From: Vicugna vicugna
Taxonomy: Eukaryota
Length of the DNA: 64,000 nucleotides
Assembly (NCBI GenBank): GCA_013265495.1
Contig: MU058824.1
Location: forward strand, 372,001 to 436,000
Direction: 5' to 3'
A model generated the notes under the pieces. The model was not told where the DNA came from. It made no database searches and worked only from the letters and a program-made list of their open reading frames with translations. Below are positions 38,277 through 52,538 of the stretch, one piece after another. The position numbers were made by a program, and so were the translations under genes. Numbering within the stretch: the stretch's first letter is position 1; every line of letters begins with the position of its first letter.

Positions 38277-40309
38277 TGAGCCCTTCATTTTTAGAAATGA
38301 TACTTTAGAGAACACTTTATTAAGAACATACCTACATTTTTAGTTAGTAAAATTACCTGTTTTGTTTGCTCTTGGTATCAGAAGGATACCCTTGTTAGGA
38401 GCTTAATCTTCTAAATCGATAACCCCGTAAATTAATGTGCATCTATTTCTGCCTACTTTAAAATGGCCAAAAGTGATATGATCTCATGATGACAGACTAA
38501 TATTTTATACATAAAGCCATTTTCTAAGAAATTTGAGCCAACTCCAAAATGTGGACAAAGTATGATTTAGTGATGAAGTAGAGATCATGAATAAGTTTAT
38601 AAAATGACATATTAAACAGAGTTAAAATTTCTTGGTTGTTTGGACAAGGTACTCTCATTTACATGCTTGCTATTTACCTGTTTTGTTGTATTTCAAGTTT
38701 TGTAAAATGTAGGAGGAAATGCCAACTGTTAAATTACAAACACAGCATTGAAGTCTGTCTCCGAGTAAAGAACAGTTTCAATTGTGAATGTGATTTAAAG
38801 TTATCCTGAGAGAAGAAATTTGGGCATTTCTCAATTCCTTTGATTTTTATTACTATGGTTCTGGCCCAATTGCAGTAACATCCCAGCTGGCTGGTAGCAA
38901 GCTCACGTTTTTGAAATGCCTTCACATTCTGAAAGAGCTAAGAATAAAGAAGAGCTAATTTTTTTTCTTCAGAAACAGCTACTCAAATTGACTCATTCCT
39001 CAAGCTTTCTAACACCAATTTTTATTATAGGAATGGATACTGACACTCATAGGAAGTCTTGTGATCTGTTCACAATTAACAAAAGTACCACAAAGTTGCA
39101 AAATACTTGGTTATGTAATCTTTGCATTAACAGTTTTAGAGACCCTAATTTCGCTTTAGAACTATAAAAATTGTGCTGCATTTTAAAGCGTGTCCTACTT
39201 ATTTGTTTAAGAAATTGTTCAGTTTATAATTTAATTGTGCCTGTATTCTGGGTCTTATCTTCCAGAAGTAATGTGAAGTATTTTTCTCTTAATAATAACT
39301 TGAAAGTATATCAAGTAAAGAGTAAACTTTTAGGAGAATATATAGTTTAGGAGTAAGAGATTGGGCTCAAATCTTGGATTTGCTGCTTTTCACCTTTGTT
39401 ATCTTGCCTATTAACTTCTGAGGAATAATACAAGTTTTATGTATGACTCATAGAAGTGTTGTTATTTGCATGCATCTACGATTTAGTGGAACACAAAGTG
39501 GTAAAAAGGTATCACACTTTCTTATTCTTAGACCTTAGTTTCTAGTATAATGCCTTACACAGGTTAAGTGTTCAATAATAATTTTGTTAAGTGTATAGAA
39601 ACAAAGAAAAAGTAGAGCTAGGTTAGGAGAATCAGGAATACACAGGGAAGTTGGAGTTTGTGAGCATCACCCAGAAGTGAGCCTTGAAATAGGTGAGGGA
39701 GTTAGTCATTTGGATTTCTTGTGGGCAAGAGGCTTCTGGGCAGGGGCATTAGCCAGTGTGAAGTCCCCAGTGGGACTTCCCTGGCATATTCAAGATGCAG
39801 CGAGTAGGACAGTGTGGTGGTGACACTATGAAGAAAGTGCAGCATAACAAGAAGATTATATCATGTAGCTAAAACACATTTTGCAAAACTGTACTTATGT
39901 GTGCATTGTTCGCTGATATTTTATTTTTTGTTTTGTATTGTGTGCTTTATTTTATTTTATTTTTAAATTGTGGATCTGACCCAAAAAAGTAGAACTCCCT
40001 AACTGAGTTACTGGTAATATTGATCTCCTCAGCCTTGGCCTGGTTGCCTCTGTGGGGAGTAGCCTTGACCGCTTGCCCCCGTGTGCCCCCAGTTAGCTAA
40101 ATTCAGAATATTCTCTATGTGTGACAGGCTTGGTCACAACCTGCAGTTGTAATAACTTGAAATGTTAAAACAAAAGATTTCTTGATGTATTTTTTGATTC
40201 CTGAAAGCAGTTTACTTTCATGGTACAGAAAAGCATAATGAAGAAAAATAGTACATACCCCAACATACCCCTACGCCGATAACATTTTAATGTCTATCCT
40301 TCCAGGTTT

Positions 40310-40341
<32 letters not shown>

Positions 40342-40355
40342 CGCGCGCACATGTG
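40310..40355. repeat. (TG)n(GC)n alternating purine-pyrimidine microsatellite
   Basis: Directly visible. Confidence 0.95.
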
Positions 40356-43300
40356 TTGAGCAATGTAGGGCTGGGCTCTTGCTCTTGTTTGATCCTGGTA
40401 TAGAGTGGTAGACTGCTGGTTACATGGGGGCAGAAGGAAAGGATGCCCATGTGTGTGCATGCGCTTGCACAGATGCAACTTGGAAATGGCACTGAGCTTG
40501 ACCACTTCACTTTTTAGAAAGTAAATTTAACCTTTCTGAGCTTCCATTTTCTCACATATCAAATGAGTATACAGCTCTCTTCTGAAGACTTTTGGGAAGA
40601 CAAAATGAGACTGTGAATGAGTCTGTGCTGCATTGTAGGCACTTAAACTTTCCTGATTTCTGCCATGTGATAGGTGCTCAACAGATGTTGTTTAGATGAA
40701 GGAATCAGTGAGTGAACGAATGATTGAATTTTAGGTAACTTTCAAATTGTCCATCCAGAGGTATTAAAATTGTGTGCACTGAAGTAATGAGCAGGTATGA
40801 CTAGCTTCCAGCCCCTGTGGTCTTCTGACTCTGATAGTTGCACTGTCAGTGTTATACTAAGAAATACAGCTTGAAAATGTGACCATTAAGTAAACAAATT
40901 ATCTGCCCAGATCTGTTTTATAACTATACTTTGTTTTGTACTTAAACTCAATATATAATGAGGAAAATAGTTTATGGAAACAGTTGTATTTTGTGGTACA
41001 GACCATTGGCCTTAGAAATAAGAGAGATTTGGATTTGAACCCTGTTCCGCCACTGGTTTGCACAAATCATTTAGCCTATTTGTCTTAATCATTTTAGCAA
41101 ATATTTGTATTTACTATATGTCATACACTGCAAAATTTCATTTTCCTCATTTATGAAATAGAGATAATATAATTTGTACTTCAGCTTCAGGAGTTGCTAT
41201 GATGATGTAAAAGAGATATGTGTTTGTATAGTAAATATACATGTTTTGACATTGAAATATTCTTGTATGCTTGAAACATGTTTATTACTTGGATTCTTTC
41301 CCCAGAAGCATAGGTATGCAGTGCAGTACATCCCTTTCAGGGAGAGTTGATGCATTATGGAAATAGTTGTAAGGTCTGAATTTCCAGGGTAACTGACAGC
41401 ACTAGAAGTAGAGTCACTTTGAAGCTGGAAAGTCCTAGTTCATTCTTGACTCTACGACTTTGTAGCTGTGTGATGTTACGCAAATTTCTTCATCTTTCTG
41501 ACCTTCAAATTTCCTATTCTGAAAGTGAGGATAATTATTTTGCATGGTTGTAAGATTAAGATATAGTGTACATAAAGTTCTTTGCATCTTGTCTGGCACA
41601 TAGAGATTTTTGTTTTGGAAGGTAATGAATAGAGAAGGAAGGGTTGGCAAGTGGATGGAGTCGTCATTATGAAATGGAGAAGGGACTTGGAGGAGGATAG
41701 CGCCTGTGCTGACCGTCTTTCTGTGCTTGTACTACCTTTTTGACCTTCTAAAATGACTAAATGGATGAGGCTTTTTATTTTAAAAGTCTGATTCTAAGTA
41801 TTAGTGATTTCTTAAAGTGCTTATCAACTTGTCTCTTTCCCTTGGTAAGTTATGACATAGTCTTATCAAAATAGTGACAAATGTAACTATGAGAGAAATA
41901 AAAATCTAACTTGATATGCATTTCTGCTTTTAATACAAAAGCAAATAAATTCTTGTAAGTGGCATAAATGAAAGTGGGAAACATGCTTTATGTTCTGGTA
42001 TTTGAAAGGTATCATTTGCTCCACACAGAAAGGCATCATTTCTGGTTACTTTGTACACTCAAAATCATTCAGAAAATACATCCCTGACTGTTGTAATTGA
42101 CTAGATATTTGGAAAATGATGATAATTCTTTAGAAATATATAATCTTTCTCTAGTTGAATTTAGTAAGGGAAGAGAAGATTATTACAGCAGATTTTGGTC
42201 ACTGAAAAGATGCAAAAATAAAAATCCTATTTGTGTAAGTGTGGAAGACTTCAATTTGCTGGTTATACAGTTTCATTTGTTCCTATGAGCCTAGCTTACA
42301 TATACCATAGTTATCCCTTGAATATTGCTTTCAGTGGGGTATGAAGTTATTTACACATAAGCATGTATAATATCAAGAAAAGCTCATTGTATGATTTTTC
42401 CTCTTGTAATCTCATGAATTCATCTACAAACCCCTCCCATAGGCCAGATGGGTTCTTGGTCAGAAGAGAGGAGGATAAACTGTGTTTTCTAGTCCACAAG
42501 ACTAAGTTCTAAAGATCTCCTTGTTAAACACTGGTTATTGTCTTGAACAGAAGAGTGGTTTAAGGTATATAATAAGATGAGCCCTCAAGGAATAGCTTTT
42601 AATTCTGAGAAGTATCCAGTGTTCTGTAGCAAAATAATCAGATTTTCAGTCTTCTTTTTCTCATTTGACCCATGAGGCAAGAGAAACCACCTGGCTAGAT
42701 ATCCCTGAAGGAGTTAATTGTATGTCAGGTGGTGTATTTGACGCCTTAGTGAAAGTCTTTCTTAGCTTACTTTATTTGGGGAATACTTAATGTACAGTAG
42801 TACTAACTTCCCTGGATCATTTTTAGTTATTATTTCTAATGCAAAATAGATTGTGATATATGAGGAAATTAGCAGAGAATTTGTCTATATTCCTACATGA
42901 GATGATTTTTCCAAGGGTATACTACTTATTTTGGGATATTACTTTGAAATACTAAGTTAATAAATATCCCTGAATATTCTTAAGATGGGATAGAAGACAT
43001 TTTCTTAATGGCTTAAAATGCACTTTTATTCAGGTACTTTAAATGGTTTTTAGTTTAAGGAAGAAACAAGGGTGTCTTCTGGACACATTTTCTTCTAAAA
43101 AAATACAGGACACTTGTATTACTATCAAAGTTTATCATCCTATTGTCAGGACTGGGGTAATTCATATCAGTAAATTATTTTAGGTAATGAAAGTCAGCAC
43201 TATACAAATAAGCCAAATGTGTGTGAGTGTATCTTTTTTTTTTTTTGCTGGAAATCATTTAAAAATGTAAAGAAGTATTTCTTTTTCTGTTTAGGTCCTG

Positions 43301-45719
43301 AAATGATGTTTGTTAATACCCTAGTTCATAAGTCCAGAGTGACACATCGTACAAGGGATGGCTAATTTCATCTGTTGGTGGCAGGCAGAGTCTATGTGGT
43401 TTTGTTTGATTTGCATCTGTGAAACAAATTTTTAGTTTGTAGATTGAAAGTTTGTAAATAGAGGAGCTGGTGTCTGCTTTACTGGGAGCTACCAACATGA
43501 TTTAATATTTTAAAAGTGATGATTGTGATGTGTTCCCTAGATCACAGTAGCCTCCTAATTGTGAATTCGACAGTTTTTTGATTAAGTCTTTCACCATAAC
43601 CCTTATAACGTTTCAAACTGTTAACTACACCATTTCTTCTTGAAATAGTGTTCCTCCTGCTTCTTTTATGGTCCAGTGGTTCATCCTGTTTCTCTTTCTC
43701 TCTCTCCTTCCCTCCTCCGACCCCCCACCCCCAGTTGGGGAAAGGGAAAAGGCCTACATTTAAGTGGCAGAAGGGCAGTTAGGAGGTAAATGTGCATACT
43801 CTCTCAGGTACTAAGAGCTTCTTTTCTCCCTTCCCGTCACATCTTGTCATCCAGTCATTTTAACTCACAGCTTTACCTATTGCCTCTCTAAAGACTGGAG
43901 CTGGTTGGGAGTCTGTTAGTGTTTGGTTAGTGCCTTGGGCTCAGTTACTTTCTTGGTGTTTTAGTCCTTGGTGTGAGAAGTAGTCAGACACAATTTCCAA
44001 GCTCTTTCTGTTAGTTGGTAGAAGGCACCTCATCTGTCAACTGTTTTCTCGTTGACTGGGCAAGGCCTGTAACTAGTAAAACTGAAGTAGATCAGTGACT
44101 GCACAGAAATTCTTTCTCTAAAATAGAGTTCCTTCAGTCACCTAGGTTTATAGCTTTGGCTTATTGAATCTTGCTACCCTTTAAGCTTGTCACCGTGACC
44201 CATTTGTCTTCCTTTTGGAAGTTCCCCCAAATCCTCCCCACCCCAGCCTAGGCCCTTGTCTTACTATTTTACTCTGTTGGCTACATAGTCTTACTTCTCC
44301 CCAGTAAAGGGAAGAGCGCAGTAATTTCAAGACTTAATTGGTGCCCCTCCCTTACTGAGAAGTCTCCCATGGCTTCTTATTTTCTGCTGCAGCAGGTATT
44401 AATCCCTCTTTCTGGCTTCCAAGGGTATTATACGTACTGTCCTAACACCTTCGGTTTTTTCCTTAACATTCCCAGACTCACCTTCCAGCTTCACCTCCCA
44501 GTGCTGCACCACGTGAACTTCCACAGCCAGGCTTTGCCACTCACCTGCTTCACCCACAGAAACTACTCTGTTCATCTAACCCAGAGAAAGACGGCCTCTC
44601 TCTAAATTTTTCTGTGAGCCTTAAAGTGCTTGCATCTTATGTCTTGTGTGCTAACTTTTCATGCATGATCATGAATCTCTCGAAGGACAGGATGTGCCTT
44701 TGATTGAGTTCCCTGTGGACCCTACCTGGTTCAGTGCTTCCATCCCCATAGATTCTCATCTGAGGACTTCCGTGAGCTGGTGGAGGAGTAAGTAGCTGTG
44801 TTCCTGGTGAGCTGTACAGGATAGAATTGTGATGATTGTGTAGAAGGGAAAGGTGAGCAGATGCTCAGCCTGGTGGGGTACAGCTTTCCACTGTAAAGTG
44901 GATTGTTTCGTCTTGTAAGCTCTGTCTCATAGCTAGAGTTCAGCTAGAGTTAGCTGGCCTTCCTGCCTGGGATGCTGCAAGGAGAGTCCTGCATGAGGTG
45001 GTGGTGGAGGGGCTTGTTATTCAGTCAGATCAACTAGGGCCCCTTCGACTTTGTAATTCTAAATAAGTACTATTTTGACTTAATAAATAGAGGACCAAGA
45101 GGCTGATGAGAATTGACTAAGGTAATGATAAGAAGTTAAATAATAATACTAATAATTTATAGCTGAGTAATCTTTATAGTTTATGGACCTGTTTTTCAGT
45201 GCTCTCTTTACATCCTGTGATGTTGAAAAGAAAATTCGAAATTATGAAATACATTTTTGTGGCCTTCATATTTGATTATTTTTGACTGCTGAGAGAGTTC
45301 CATTTAGAATACTGTCTAGCCTACGTAGACTCGTTATCTGAAAACTTCATTGTTTTGAATTACTAAAAACAAATGTTCATTGGAACTACTGTGTTCATTT
45401 CACTTATGAAAAATAAAATTATCCTCATCCCACAACAATATAGAGAATATGAATTCAGCTAATTGAAATTTGCTTTTTTTCTCTCTTTTTAAATATCATC
45501 CCATGGTAAATACAGTATTTTTAAAATTCATTGTCTTAATTTGATTGTGAATTGATTTGTCAATTTTTTACTTGCTAGTTTGTCAGGAGGCAGGCCGAGT
45601 ATTCTCAAAAAGTCTTTCTGGGGTTGGAAGTTCTCTAGAATTACTGCTGTATGATGAATTAATTGTTTTTTTCTATTTAAAAGTGATCCTTTCTCTGTTG
45701 TAATTTGAGTTCTAGTCCC

Positions 45720-45965
45720 CAAGCAAAGATTTCAGAAAATGCCTCCTCCTCTAGTGCTTCCATCCCCTTCCACTCAGGCTTCCAGTGGCTCCTGGTGTTC
45801 CCTGACTTATAGATGCATCACTCCAGTCTCTACCTCCATCTTTACATCATCTTCTCTTCTGTGTGTCCTCTTGTCTTGTTAATAAGGACAGCAGTAGTTA
45901 GGTTTAGGACCCACTCTAAATCCAGGATGATGTCATCTCGAGAATAACTTTATTTGCATTGATAG
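45720..45965. mobile_element. MaLR (MLT1-like) LTR fragment
   Basis: 'cttccagtggctcctggtgttccctgacttatagatgcatcactccagtctctacctcc...aatccaggatgat' is typical MLT1 text. Confidence 0.7.
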
Positions 45966-45994
45966 TGAAATAAGGAATAACTTTTTAAAAAAGA

Positions 45995-46375
45995 CCCTTT
46001 TTTAGAGCAATTTTAGTTTCACAACAGTATTGAGCAGAAGTCATTGAGATTTCCTATATACTCTCTGCCCCAACACACGCATAGTTTCCCTGATTATCCC
46101 CCACCAGAGTGGTATTTGTTACAGTTGATGAACCTATATAGATACATGATTATCACCCAGAGTCCATGGTTTACATTAGGGTTCATTCTTGATATTGTAC
46201 ATTCTTTGCATTTGGAGAAATGTATAATGAATGACATGTATCTACTATTCTGGTATCACACAAAGTAGTTTTACTGTCCTAAAAATCCTGTGCTCTACTG
46301 ATTCATCCATCTCTCCCCTTTAAACTCTGGCCACTGATTTTTTTTTAAATTATCTCCATAGTTTTGCCTTTTCTT
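45995..46375 (-). mobile_element. Old L1M 3' end
   Basis: 'tttagagcaattttagtttcacaac...attatcacccagagtccatggtttacattagggttcattctt' resembles L1MC-type 3' ends. Confidence 0.7.
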
Positions 46376-46632
46376 GCCTTGTCTCAGGATCCACTTCCAG
46401 TGGGAGCCCAAATGAAGATAGGCTGTCATTTTTCCTATAAAATTTCCTTTATTTTGACAGAACCGCCAGCATTCTCATGGTTTCATTTTACATGTTCCTC
46501 GGTATTCATTGTCTCCTACACAGTTTTTCTTGGGCTAGATTAGATTGAGGGCAGATTCAGTTTTGGGGGGGTTAAGATTACTTCACAAGTGGTGCTGTTT
46601 ATTTCCTATTGCATCCTATCAAAAAGCATTAA

Positions 46633-46850
46633 TAGGTAAGTAACAGTGCTGTTATGTTACATATGAAAGTTGTTGAGAGAGTAAATCCTAAGAGTTCTTA
46701 TCACAGGGAAAAAATTTTTTTTCTTTAATTTTGTTTCTACATGAGATGATGGATGTTTATTAAATTTACAGTGTTAATCATTTCATGAGTATACACGTCC
46801 AGTGATTATTCAGTACCCCTTAAACTTATACAGTGCTGTATGTCAGTTAC
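46633..46850 (+). mobile_element. Short L1MA-type 3' end
   Basis: 'gaaagttgttgagagagtaaatcctaagagttcttatcac...taaacttatacagtgctgtatgtca'; TSD-like AAAAAG(G)CATTAA at 46621 and 46851. Confidence 0.75.
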
Positions 46851-47336
46851 AAAAAGGCATTAAAATGTGGTTGTCCTGCTTTTAGTGATGTTAAGATTGT
46901 TCAGTGACTGTTGATGCAGTTGTTCCACATTAAGATTAACTAAAGGCTTCTTGAAAGCCTAGGCAAAAAGGGAGTATAACACAGTGTGTAATTCTCATTG
47001 CTTGGTGCCCAGCAGTTATCTTTTGAGAATAAATAATGACTTTGCAGGAATGTATGGTGACTCTTAAATTAGAGAATCTTCTCTCCCTCTCTTTTTTAAT
47101 ATAGTAGTGAAATTGTTGTTTGATGATCTTGCCAAGATGTAATATAAATATCTATATAATGTTATTCACATCCCTTTCCCCAGTGCCTAGTACGGTGCCT
47201 AGGATGTAATAGATGACTCACTTAAAGATTTGTGGAATGAATGAGTGACCTAACAAAAGAATGCATGTACCAACATGTATGTAGACTCTCTTAAGGGAAC
47301 TCTTTTTGATCATGCCTCTTGGGGAAGAATTACAGT

Positions 47337-48006
47337 GTTACACGAGGAAGGCAGTCATAATTTTCTCTTGGTATATATTTTTTGTGGGCATAACACGGTG
47401 AGTGAATAATGTGGGTTGGTAAAGAATTACCAGAGACTGAGAAAAATTTAGGAAGGTTTAATAGGTATGCTGCTATAGGCAACAGCGGGCCACACAGGTG
47501 AGAGGTGCCTGCGTGAGCACCAAGGGTGTGTGTGCAGGGTCTTTTATTGGGGGGAGGGGGCTGTGGACACAATGAGTAGGGGCTGCATAATCAATTTGTG
47601 CACAGGTACCTGATTGGTTGTAAGATCTGTCACAGACTTCTCTGAACAGTTGGTTTTACAGCTTTGGTAAGGGCAGAATGTGAGGCCTGTCTGCCTAGGA
47701 TACTGTGAGACGGGCTGTCTGCTGAGGCAATGAGTTTTGTTAGGGTAAACATGTATCAAGAAAAGATGTTTTATATCTTGCAGAAATGCAGGTATGCCAT
47801 GTGTCCTGCAGTGGGGAGTTGGGGTTAAGGTGTCAATGGCTCCAGGCACACAAGGAGCCCAGGGGTGCGGGTTTACATGAGCTTGAGAGCGGCTTCAGAC
47901 AGTGCCAGCCGGTTCCACATTTATGGGTATTTGTCTGGACCCTTACTTACAAAATCCAGTGCTAGGTACTAATTGGGGGACAGTGAGGAATGGAACATTG
48001 TCTCAC
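47337..48006 (-). mobile_element. Probable ERV solo LTR
   Basis: GC-richer island with TG...CA ends and minus-strand ATTAAA (~47457) and AATAAA (~47543) signals. No TSD found. Confidence 0.5.
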
Positions 48007-49479
48007 ATATCCAGAAGCTGCCGCCACCCCCTGCACCTTCTTCGCAAAACACCCTCCTCTCTGGGTCCCAGATGTGTACAGAAAAAGAATATAGCAACTC
48101 TCATTTTGAATTTTCTCCCAGTTCCTATGCTTTTTAGTACTTCCATTGCTAGAAGTCTAGGTTTTAGAGAAGCAATATGGGATGGTTTTAAGAGAAAAAT
48201 CTTACCACACAGTAAGGAGCTCATTTCCAGTTCTGAAGAGCTTTTTGTTAATAAGAGCATTCTTCTCTGAAGGTCAGCCAAGTGCATTGTCTATTCCAGG
48301 TAAATTAGTTCATCCCATTTTAGGATACAATGAAGAACAGAACACAGACGAGGTCAGTTTTTATTGGAAATCCATGCATGATCAAATAGCTAATATGCAA
48401 GAAAAAGTATGAATTGCAACAATATTTTTTCCTTTTCTATGGTTTTTCTGACAAAATTTGCTTGTAGGGATTATATTATTTATATTTGAGTTATTTGTTT
48501 TTGCTTAGGATCTGTTTCCCCAAACATGTATGCATCCATCGTATTTTGAGTTATTTAATGAAGAATGTAGTGATTGTTTTAATGTTTCTTTATAAAGCAG
48601 ATCGGTTCTGCCTTGTCCAAAATAGGTTACGATGATATAAAAAAGTTGTATCACTGAGCAGTTTAAGAGTTAAAGTCGCTTCCTAGTGTTATTCTAAGTC
48701 CTATTTTTTTCCCCTCTCTTTGAACTTCTAGTTCATTATAATGCTTCTGGGAATACTAACAGTGAGATGTGCCTTGATTGACACACAGCTTCAAGGCTCG
48801 CACAGTGCCTGTCAGCTTCAGCTTCTTTTCTCTGGGGACCTTTCATATTTCTTAGCTCCTTGCAAACCCCTCTGCTTCTGTTGCCTGCCAGCTTAATGCA
48901 AAACACAGTGAGAAAAGTGGCCCCAGGGAGAAGCAGCAGCCTGGGACCCATGGCATTGGAACTTCAGGTGGGAGGCTGATTTGTCAATCTGGGTTAGTAA
49001 CAGAAGGGAGCTGTTGCCTGGTACGTTACTTATTTCTTGCTATAGGAGAGACAGTTTGTAAAGCACTTTAAGAATCTCCCAACAGAAAGGCAGGTAAATG
49101 AAAGATTTAGCAAAAATATACTAAGCTTTTATTGTAGAATGCCTAGCAGATGTCCTGCCAGTGGACAACAGTAATGCCATAGGGAAGGGAACATCCTCTT
49201 GAAGCTTCTTCAATTGGTTTTATGCCATTAATTTTCATGTAGAACTAACTATTCAAGCAGAAGATGGTATACTTTAAAAAATTAACGTCAGCATGTATTT
49301 CTAATGAGATTTTAGATTCCACATTTTTCTAAAATCACAGTAATTTGTGTGTCCGTATGTAATTCTCACAAATGAGTCTTACTTGTTTTTGGGTTCATAT
49401 TTGAGGACCAAAAACATTGTACAAAGTTTAAAATGAATTTACATGCTTGTTTGTAGAGTCAAAAGTTTTGTTCTCTAAG

Positions 49480-49655
49480 ACAGTGCTTCTGAAACTTTAA
49501 TATGCTTAGGAGTCACTTAGGGATCTTATCAAAATGGAGATTCTGTTTCAATAGTTCTAGGGTGGGGCCTGCTATTCTGCCTTTCTCAGGGGCAGAATAG
49601 CACCCCGGGGTGAGGCCAGTGCTGCTGGTCCAGGGACCACTATTTGAATGCAAGG
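49480..49655. mobile_element. MER5-type hAT-Charlie MITE
   Basis: 'cagtgcttctgaaacttt...gggatctt...aaaatggagattctg...ggtggggcctg...gctgctggtccagggaccac'. Confidence 0.75.
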
Positions 49656-51089
49656 TTTTAAGGTATTGAGCTTTAAAAGGCGGAAGATTTATATGATCTG
49701 AAGAGAAACCAGATTATGAGCTTTAAAACAAACAAATGCACCTTTGTTTTCTAAACTCATTTACTAAAATATTCTAATGAAACACCTAAAACAAAGCCTA
49801 GCAAATGCTTTTGTGACTATAAATGTTGCTAACAGAAATAATATCTGATAACCTCTTCTGCCTGATACTTTATTAGCTTCTGGTCCTAAAAGTCCCAAAT
49901 CGTTCATTTTCATGGCTGAATTAACATTCAGTATTGGACAGTATGAGACATATTGGATTTTTATCCACTAATTTAACATAGCTATTTTTAAGTGAGGATA
50001 TTCTGTGTGCTGAAGTGTCTGGAAGCCATGCCCGGGAACAGCTCAGGTAACTGAAAGAAGGTATTGCTAGGGGTTCATGACAGCTCTTAGATTGTGATAT
50101 AGAGGGGTTTCTGCACTGAGGGGGCGGGAGATCTAAATTAAGTTTAAATTCCCTCTAAATCCAAGTCTATGAATCATCACCTAGTGTTGTGCTTTTCACT
50201 ATTACATTATTAAAACCAAATTTTAAAATAGACTTCATTCCTACTTGATAACCTTATTTTCCTCAAATATGTTAAAAATATTTGTTGACTATTCCCATCT
50301 TTGAACCCTTCTTCCCTATTTCTCACTTCCAATACCTTCCCTCTGAATTCCTAGTGTAATAATATAATCTACCCATTCATTCACTTAGTACATATTTGAG
50401 AACTCATTGAGTACAAGGAGGGTACTGTAGTAAGTGATATGTGGGGAACAGAATTGAATAAGGTACAATCTCTACTTTCAAGGTACTCAGAGTCTCCTAC
50501 AGGAGGTAAGATAACACAAGTAATCCATGTGAAAAAAATAATATGTTAACACCCTAAGAGAGTGTACTGGGGGTTCAGAGGAGGGAAATTAATCACTCTT
50601 GTCTGGGACCATCAGGAAAGGCTTCATTGGAAAGACAGCATTTGAAATGGGTCTTGAAAACTAGATAGGCTTTCCTAACTGTTCCAAGCAGAGGAAACTG
50701 CACGAGTAAAGTATGGAAGCAAGAGAATAAGATGACACATTTTAGGAATTGCAGGTACTGAAGACCCCTTGCATTCTTGAATTTGTAACTTACAGAATTT
50801 GAATCATTTGTAAGTGGCCCTTGAAGGGTCATGTAATAATTTTTCTGGGTTACTGATTTTATTCCTTTGCTTAGGAGCCTAATGTTTCAAGTCAAGGACT
50901 GAGGCCAATGATTGATTTAGCTTAGTATTCATATCTTGGCCCATCTTTATTCTGCTGTATTCACTCGCATTCCATTTTTTGTTTTACTGCATATTATATG
51001 GGAGGACATTATATGCTTATTAATAATTAATAATAATTCTGTGAAGAGCTTGTTACAGTTCCTCTCAGTTGCCAAGGGTCTGCTGCAGA

Positions 51090-51218
51090 TAGGATGATGA
51101 TATAATTTATTGCCCAAACCCAGACCCTTTTGAAAGAGAGTGGTGCTATTGATAATATTCCAGGGAAACAGATATATACTGCATTTGTCTCCAGCAAGTG
51201 AGAGTATATGGTCAACTA
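51090..51218. mobile_element. MER94-like hAT-Blackjack MITE
   Basis: TAGGATGATGATATAATTTATTGCCCAAACC...TATGGTCAACTA resembles MER94 termini (TAGGGTGACCATA...TATGGTCACCCTA). Confidence 0.7.
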
Positions 51219-52375
51219 GACTGTGTGGTCACTCTAACTATAGTTCATGTTATTTGGAGGATAGAATATAGATGGGGAGCAGTAGGATGTGATTTAGGAA
51301 GGCAAGTGTGGGCTAGTTGGTGAGTGGTCCTAAATGCAGGCTAAGGAGTTAGGCTTTTGTACTGTAGACAATGAAAAACACATGTAGTTTTTTCGGGGGA
51401 CAGAGGAATCTATATATGCAAAGCAGCATTCGAAAAGGTTAGTCTGGACTCTGGGCACAGGTTGTATTGAAGGGAGATGTTGATTCAGAGAGTGTCACAG
51501 TAGTCCCCATTACGGGTGTATTTGAATGGTAACCACTTTGAAGGGTCTTAGTGTACTAAGAAAATGTATTTATTTATTTTTAAAAATTACACTGAAAGCT
51601 TTAATAATTTACTTCCAGTATGTGTTATTATTAATGTTAGTTCATACTTCTAAGGAAGATCCTGTTGCATTGGTGTCTTGTTCAGTTAATGTTTTTTTGG
51701 AAAGAATAATAACACGGGATTAGCAGTGAGTGCCAGAGCATTTTGTATATGCTAGTATTATAGCATGTTTATGTTAATATTGTAACAATTAAAAGTTTGA
51801 CCTAACATTGAGAGAGTGCATAATAAAAAATCTTTTCAAAATACTTTTCAAAATACTTAAAATACTTTCTTTAATCATGTAACTTTTTGTTGTATCTTGT
51901 TTCAAACCAATATCTAATCCAGAGAGGATTTTAATTTTGCAGTAACTTTCATTTCCCTAACCTACATTTTTCTTTTTTCTATCCCCATTGAGTAGGTTGG
52001 GTTTTGGGGAAAGAAAAAGTCATTTTCTACCAGGAAAACCAGACAGAACATCATGGAAGAGGGAATCAATCCTTGAAGGATTGATTATGCAGTAGTGGAG
52101 AAGACACTCCAGGCAGAGGAAACTATGTATGCAAAGAGAAGGAAGCAAAAAAATTGTGGGGCATATTTTGGAAAAACAACTGGCTGCTGGGTAGCTTTAA
52201 AAATGCTGTGGAAATACAGCTAGTGCACTGGCATCACTAGCCAGTTAGGTGGTCATGAAAGTATTCAGGGAAATTAAAGGAAAGGAAAGCTTTTTAGTTC
52301 CCAAAGATATCTCAGTGTTTAAAAAACGTCTATTGGAAGAAAATATTTTTTACTTGCTGAAGAAGCTCCTACTTA

Positions 52376-52538
52376 CTCATTTATTTAAATTTTTAAGTTT
52401 TTATACAGTTTTTAAAAGTTACTTTCCATTTACAGCTGTTACAAAATACTGGCTATGCTCCCTCTGTTGTACAATACATCCTTGAGATTATCTTACACCC
52501 CAAAACCACTAGTTTGTTCTCTATATCTGTGACTGGAG
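52376..52538 (-). mobile_element. Short L1 3' end
   Basis: 'ttacaaaatactggctat...tgttgtacaatacatcctt...accactagtttgttctctatatctgtga'; TSD AGCTCCTA(C/T)TTA at 52364-52375 and 52539-52550. Confidence 0.8.

Noticed and set aside
47902..48412. Overlapping 76-122 aa ORFs next to the putative LTR as ERV genes
   Set aside because: No gag/pol/env motifs or primer-binding site recognised.
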